Assembly (NCBI RefSeq): GCF_002571385.2
Contig: NW_019217900.1
Span: 377,226-441,225, forward strand
Source: Stylophora pistillata
Lineage: Eukaryota
Length of the DNA stretch: 64,000 nucleotides
Direction: 5' to 3'
This document shows positions 58,501-64,000 of this stretch, piece by piece. The notes under the pieces were generated by a model. The model was not told the origin of the DNA. It did no database searches and was given only the letters and a program-made list of their open reading frames with translations. Position numbers and translations under genes: made by a program. Numbering within the stretch: the stretch's first letter is position 1; each line of letters begins with the position of its first letter.

Positions 58501-61353
58501 CCAGATATCCTCTAGCAAAAGTGAACTTTTATCTGGATATATCAACAAAGTTGAAATGGTAAATTGGCCACTGTAACGATTACAAAAGCTGACATTTCGA
58601 GCGTTAGCCCTTCATCGGAGCTATTTTGCTATTTCGCTCCAGAGCTATTTCGCTATTTCGCTCCGACGAAGGGCTAACGTTCGAAATGTCAGCTTTTGTA
58701 ATTGTTACGTTGGCCAATTTACCATTTCAACTTAGTTGATATATCCAAATTATTTCGTTACTCCCACCGACGCGGCCCCAAACAGTTTCTTTCAAAACTA
58801 TCAGCCTTTGAACTTTTATCTCCTTTGTAAGTGAATCTTGGGGGTTTTAATTAAAGCTGATTTCCGGTGGTCTACCATTACATGTCTGACCTGAACAGGC
58901 TCTTGTTGTTGAATTTAACTTTACGGCCCGTGTTTGGAAACAGCTACCTGTGAAACCATTGGCAGGCACTAATGGAAAAAGTTATTGAAATCCGCCTCCC
59001 AGTTAGCTCAATGGATAGAGCGCTGGACTGTTGTGCGGGAGGTCGATGGTTCGAGCCCTGGCCGGGCCAACACTCAAGGTCTTGAAATAATTGAGAAGAA
59101 TATGCTACCTTTCTATAACATCAAAAAATGGTTAGATATTCTAGTCTTCTCGGATAGGGACAAATAAATGGAGGTCTCGTCTCCTGCAGGGTTAGGGGTA
59201 GCAGACGTTAATTTCCCACACATGAGATTACTATGTGATGGATGTCCACCCCTGGGGTGGGATGGGTTGGGATTATTAAGAGGGCCACAGGATCATCAGT
59301 TTAATTACTGTCACATGCTACCCTCTTGAAATAAAGTCTATTCTATTCTATTCCATGGTATGCAACATTTAGATAACCTTAACCTACATTGTAAAGTTGG
59401 ATACCTTAATGATTCAAATTAGTGTTTGTTGATTTTTAGGCGAGGTATGCAGGCTCCTCAACTGACTGTCTCCATTAATAATCCCAGAGTGACGTGAGTA
59501 TCATAAGTTGACCTTGATGCAAAGATGTACAATGTAATTCCTACATCAACATGAAAACTCTGATTTAAACCTGTACACCCTAACATTGGCATGTTTATTC
59601 TCCACACTGTTCTCTATACATTTGCTTTGGTGCAGACAAGGAAAATTTGTTTAAATCAAATAAGATTTAGTTAACCATGCATGATGGTGGTGTACTGTGA
59701 AAATGGGCAAGACGCCAAGATCAGTAAAAAAAAAAATGCATGGCATCGAATTAGAATCCCGATAGAACACAATGAAGGGCTTTTTGATCCAGTGCTCTGA
59801 AACTAAAACCAAGATAATCTTAATGGTCAATCAGAGAGAAAAAGAATTCCCTGAAGAGCGTATTAGAACTCAAAGTAAAAACAAGTAAACTGCCTAAAAT
59901 GTGGAAAAATGCAGATGAACAATTGGTTTTGGGAAAAACATTGTACATTTGTAGTTAAAATCACTGGCAGGGAAAAGTCTGATCTATAATTTAAATATTT
60001 AGGTTAACAAGAACTCCACAATGGAAACAACCTGTGAGTCAACAGACAAACCCAAGGAGCAGAAGAGGATGGAGGGGAAAATCTGCAGCAAACATTCCAA
60101 GAGGCATGGGTCTAACTGAGGATCTGAGAATTTCAGTGCCAAACAATTTACATCAGGTGAGATAAAGCAGAAAATCATGAAGGGTCCAGTTGTTTGAAGG
60201 TAGATTAGCTCTAACCCTAGTTTAAATTTTAATGCAGGTTTCTATATTTGTTTGTGCAAAAGCTGTTTTGGGACAATTTTCCCAATTCTTTTTAAGAGCA
60301 TTCAATCATCAAATTGTAGACAAATGGAATTAAACTGAATTTTCTTTTAAAGCTTTCAGATCTGAAATCAGACTTCGCACTAACCCTGGGTTATCTTATC
60401 CCACCATAGTTAGTAACTATGACCCCACCCTTGACCAACCTGGCTCAGTACTCTAAGCTTACAACTGTTTTGATTACCATAGAAAATAAAAATAACTCTT
60501 GGCAAATAAATTTGCAGTGTAATTAAGTCACCAATGTCTGGCAGTTCTATAGCGCACAGTATTTTCCATATTATGCCTTTCTTTCAACCCTGTAATTGCA
60601 ATTGGCTGCAGTGAGGGGTTTTTTACAGTTAAAATGCCTTGAGTCAAATGATTCAGTGCAAGACTAGAAGGCTAGCAGATTCCTTGGATCTTGATTATTA
60701 AATTCCTTTTAAATTGTTCAAGTATCTGTTGTCGTCTCTTCTTGCCAACATGAACAGATCTCAAATCCACACAATGCTGATTAGGAGTTTCTCAAAATGT
60801 AACTATAGCACATCGAGACTGAAAAGATGATTCCTGATACTTTATATTTCAATGCTGTTGTGTGTGTGTGTGTGTTTTTTTTTTATAGCTTTCCCCACTC
60901 AAGCCACTTGTGTACACAAACCATTTCAATCCACCAATGAATACTGCCATGACAGGGAAGGTATGTTGGGAAAAACTTTGTAATGTCTGTTCAATATTTA
61001 CCATGTCAGTGTTCATTTTTGATGATAGTTCCTCTTTCCAAATTATTTCAGTCACTTGAGAGGAGGTCATTCCATTTCATCAATTTTGCCAAGAGACAGC
61101 ACTTGACATTGTTGTAGATTAAATGAACCCTTTCCAATCTAACTTTAGAGTTTATAGTCTCCACACTGTTTTCATAGCCATAGTAAACCCTCTTTAAGAT
61201 GGGTGTACACCAGATTCATGTGTTATCATGGTTTTTAACATCTTTTTGTTGTTGTTTTTTTTTCCATTTATTTTTTAGACATTCGCCACTCTGGATGAAA
61301 GATTCTCCAGCATGTCTCAACACAAGCCTGTCAGGACTATCGTTGTGGAGTAG
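55510..61353 (+). CDS. FYTTD1: UAP56-interacting factor / forty-two-three domain protein (FYTTD1/UIF-like mRNA export adaptor). Exons: 55510-55537, 56489-56856, 57966-58082, 58318-58385, 59440-59493, 60003-60156, 60889-60960, 61279-61353
   Basis: N-terminal UAP56-binding motif MSTNIDRSLDDIIK, K/R/Q-rich disordered body, LTVSINNP motif, C-terminal TLDERFS...RTIVVE; all exons join in phase with GT-AG introns. Confidence 0.78.
56160..56375. mobile_element. TTAA/CCCTT-ended MITE; further copies at about 42715-42910, 56904-57116 and 61926-62127
   Basis: CCCTTAAACTCCCATGAGTGACCAAGACAGAATTTCTCC...GAGATCTTGGGGAATAAAAGGATTAA. Confidence 0.75.
57311..57810. mobile_element. pogo/Tigger-like MITE (TA-flanked)
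   Basis: TACTGTAAAAGCCCGCAGATA at left mirrors TATCCACGGGGTTTTATGGTA; repeated GGCTTATCTGC subterminal motif. Confidence 0.65.
58535..58808 (+). mobile_element. Penelope-like pseudo-LTR fold-back with two opposed hammerhead motifs (58588-58621 minus; 58660-58693 plus) and 13-bp TSD
   Basis: Arms 58535-58621 and 58660-58746; TGAACTTTTATCT at 58522-58534 and 58809-58821. Confidence 0.88.
58990..59353 (+). mobile_element. tRNA-derived SINE family B with (CTATT)n tail
   Basis: A box TAGCTCAATGG, B box GGTTCGAGCCC, shared GTCTTCTCGGATAGGG...GACGTTAATTTCCCAC body, AATAAAGT(CTATT)3. Confidence 0.87.
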
Positions 61354-62167
61354 TGGCACATTTAATTTATTTTTATTCTTTTGACTGTTTCATTTCGTTT
61401 TTTACTGTTTTTACTGATTTAATACTGCTGTTTATACATTTAACTAAATCACTATTTACCTGGACATAAATGTCACCTGAATGCATTACATTTTATTTTC
61501 ATTACTTCTTATTTTAGAAAAATACACTGCTGCTTAAAAGTGGCTCTGTATTTAAGGTGTCACTCCATATTAAGCAGTTTTGTCACCCTTTACTAAATAC
61601 TATCCATCAGTTTGTATTGTTTTCCAGCTGACCTGAATGGTCACTTGAAGCAGGACCCATCAAATAAAACTAAGAATTATCTCTCAAGTAAAATTTAATC
61701 CAAGTTTATCTTTTAAAATCAACTTCAGCAGTATTTTTGAGCGAGTATTTGTAAATTTGGTGGTCAATTATAGCAGGGCATGGCATTTTTTTTTTTTTCA
61801 TCTTTTACAATATTCCTATTCTATGGAACCTTTAAGTGGTCATGCGATCATTTCCCTTGGGTTGGGTGACCACTTAATACAGGTTCAACTGTATTTACTT
61901 GTTTTTTTGTTTGTTTTTTTTCATATGAATCCTTTGACTCCTATGAATGACCAAGACAGAATTTCTCCTTACAATATCAAGCAGACAGAAACGAGAATTA
62001 GGAAAAAAGAAAATCAGGGAATTTTCAGTTGATCCAATGCCAAATTCTCCAAACTAACATAAGTATTGTATGACAGACAGTAAGGAGAATTACTAAATAA
62101 ATGAGATCTTGGGAGTAGAAGGGTTAAAGAAGAGAAAGCACTAGAGAGGATGTTGTGTCAACAACTC

Positions 62168-62359
62168 CAGGGCTTGACACCAACTTTTACTTTTCAACTT
62201 ACTAGCCGAGTGGCTTGTGACATCTCAGTTGTTTTTAGATGTTATGACAATTTTGGTTTGTTTACTTGCCAAACTGGCCAGTGGAAATCGAAAACCATTA
62301 GCCAAAACTGAATTTCTACTAGTCTGTGGCTAGTGGGCTACCTATAGTGTCGAGCCGTG
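62168..62359. mobile_element. hAT-like MITE, third copy of the 2940-3115 family, 5-bp TSD AACTC
   Basis: CAGGGCTTGACAC...GTGTCGAGCCGTG; AACTC at 62163-62167 and 62360-62364. Confidence 0.83.
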
Positions 62360-63382
62360 AACTCATGGGTGTCTTCATTCATGATAAAGTCCTGTTGTCA
62401 AAGTTGTCATGTGTAAATGCTGCTGCTAGTATTTAGCAGAAAGGCTTTATGCTTTTGTATTATAATATATACTTGGTCAATCATACTTATGACATCAACT
62501 TATTTGCTCTATTTGGAGCGCAAAGTACCTAGTATGAGAAATGTAAACATGAGAATAAAAGTGAGGATGAAGTATTCTCTTTTATTGATTAAAATGAAAA
62601 TCCCCGACAGTTAAATAATCATTCTGTTCCTGATCTGGATATTGCCGTGGCATTTGCTTTCCTCAAAGTAGTTGTTAAAAGTTCTCTGGTGGGAAGAACC
62701 AAGCTTTTTAACAACTTCATGCTCCTGTATATCAGCCACAAGCTGGTGCAAGTATTCATGAGCATATGAAGATGTTGAGCAAGCAAAATGGGTCGAACAT
62801 AACTTTGATTTGGGAGATTAAATTACAAAGAATTAGTTAATTCCTTAGTTCTTATGCGACCCTTTAAACTTGACAGCCATGTTTAACATGTTTTTTACCC
62901 AGGGCTCGTTCAGAATGTATAATTCTTGAAAAAGTTTGGAAATTTGAGAAATAGCTTTAATGACCAACAAGAACGATCAGGAATGTAGTCTTAGTAAACA
63001 TAACATTAGTATGTCAGTTCTCCATACTGTTGCATATTTCCTATGATACCTACAAGGAGAATTTGTCCAACAACCAAGGGCTTCTTGAGTTTGTAATGAT
63101 TTCCGTTATTCTCATGACCTTAAAGTTTCTTTCAGTGATGATGCTGTTAGGAAAAAGCATAGTTAGGAAAAAGGAAAGGCGTATCACTTCCAATTTTTTT
63201 CCCCGCGTTTTTTCTGTAGCCTCGATTTGATGTAGTCCCAGTCTTTTTCGTGTTCCCTAGGCAACATGGAGGTGGAGGATCCTGTATGTTGTCCATTTAG
63301 GAATTTAGGAATTTAGCGGTTTTCTGCAGCAGTGACAAGATAAGAGCTGCGAAAGAGGTGCTCCTCCGACTGGTCGCCGAAG

Positions 63383-63485
63383 ATGGCGATGGAAAGGCTC
63401 GCCGTGATCAAAGATACTCACAGTAAAATGATCACAGCGCTTTCATATAATCCGATGAAACATGAAATTCTTTTAGGATTTGAAG
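63383..63485 (+). CDS. Probable first coding exon of a WD40-repeat protein; gene continues beyond the window
   Basis: MAMERLAVIKDTHSKMITALSYNPMKHEILLGFE then G|GTACG donor; H-x3-ITAL-x-YNP...G-x-E is WD40-like; upstream in-frame stop and good Kozak AAGATGG. Confidence 0.6.
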
Positions 63486-64000
63486 GTACGCGTAGTGTTA
63501 CATGAAATATGATACTAGCTGGAATTCCAAATGCTGTTTTAGTGGCAGATAAGTCTCACAAAGCTTCAGTTAAGCTAATTGTCATAATTTAAGCTGTTGT
63601 CTTTATATATTATTCAACTTCAAAGGTGACTTTTTCCGAATTTAATCTACCTTTGAGCTGTAATTATCCTTTGCAGAGCAGTTCAATATTTTGTCTTCAA
63701 ACCCATTTCCGACTGAACGTGTTGTCCAAATAATCTACTACTTGGGCCAAATTATATTGGTATATGTTCTCATCATATCACGGCCTTAACGGTATCTACC
63801 AGGCTTTTCTTCATTTACCTATTGTAAATCAAATAATATTTATCAGTGAGGGCGAAAAGCAGAGGTTAAACTGCCATTTAAACTTTCACAAATTATATTA
63901 TTACTTCTATTACAAATATTTTTAAATCCCTGCTGATCCTTCCAATCTAATTGGCTCTCATTGGTGCACTATATATATGAATCCCACCATTTTTTTCTTC

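Noticed and set aside
58990-59070. tRNA genes here and at 26140-26216, 18674-18745 and 54420-54480
   Set aside because: A and B boxes are present, but acceptor stems are incomplete and the sequences run into shared repeat bodies, so they are SINE heads.

Overview
Eukaryotic, AT-rich, intron-rich animal genomic DNA with five assembly gaps (19252-19256, 25435-25947, 27726-28280, 44394-44414, 48009-48893). Gene content and repeat families suggest a cnidarian, probably a scleractinian coral (inference). I assembled spliced gene models by hand from GT/AG sites and reading frame: DNAJC3/P58IPK (-, 3' end outside the window), an intronless type II membrane carboxylesterase (-), an intronless class A GPCR (-), an anion-type Cys-loop receptor subunit (+, 9 coding exons), a TMTC O-mannosyltransferase (-, 11 exons), TEN1 (-) head-to-head with a beta-carbonic anhydrase (+), an SLC16/MCT transporter (+) with a relic copy of exon 1, an FYTTD1/UIF-like mRNA export adaptor (+, 8 exons), and the first exon of a WD40 gene. 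Non-coding highlights are five copies of a Penelope-like pseudo-LTR carrying a minimal hammerhead ribozyme motif (mostly as fold-back palindromes, three with 12-13 bp target-site duplications), a perfect ERSE (CCAAT-N9-CCACG) in the DNAJC3 promoter, modular tRNA-SINEs, MITEs with 5-bp and 8-bp TSDs, and LINE 3' fragments. Most short ORFs in the supplied track are spurious or span N gaps. No database searches were run; all family calls are from motif recognition.
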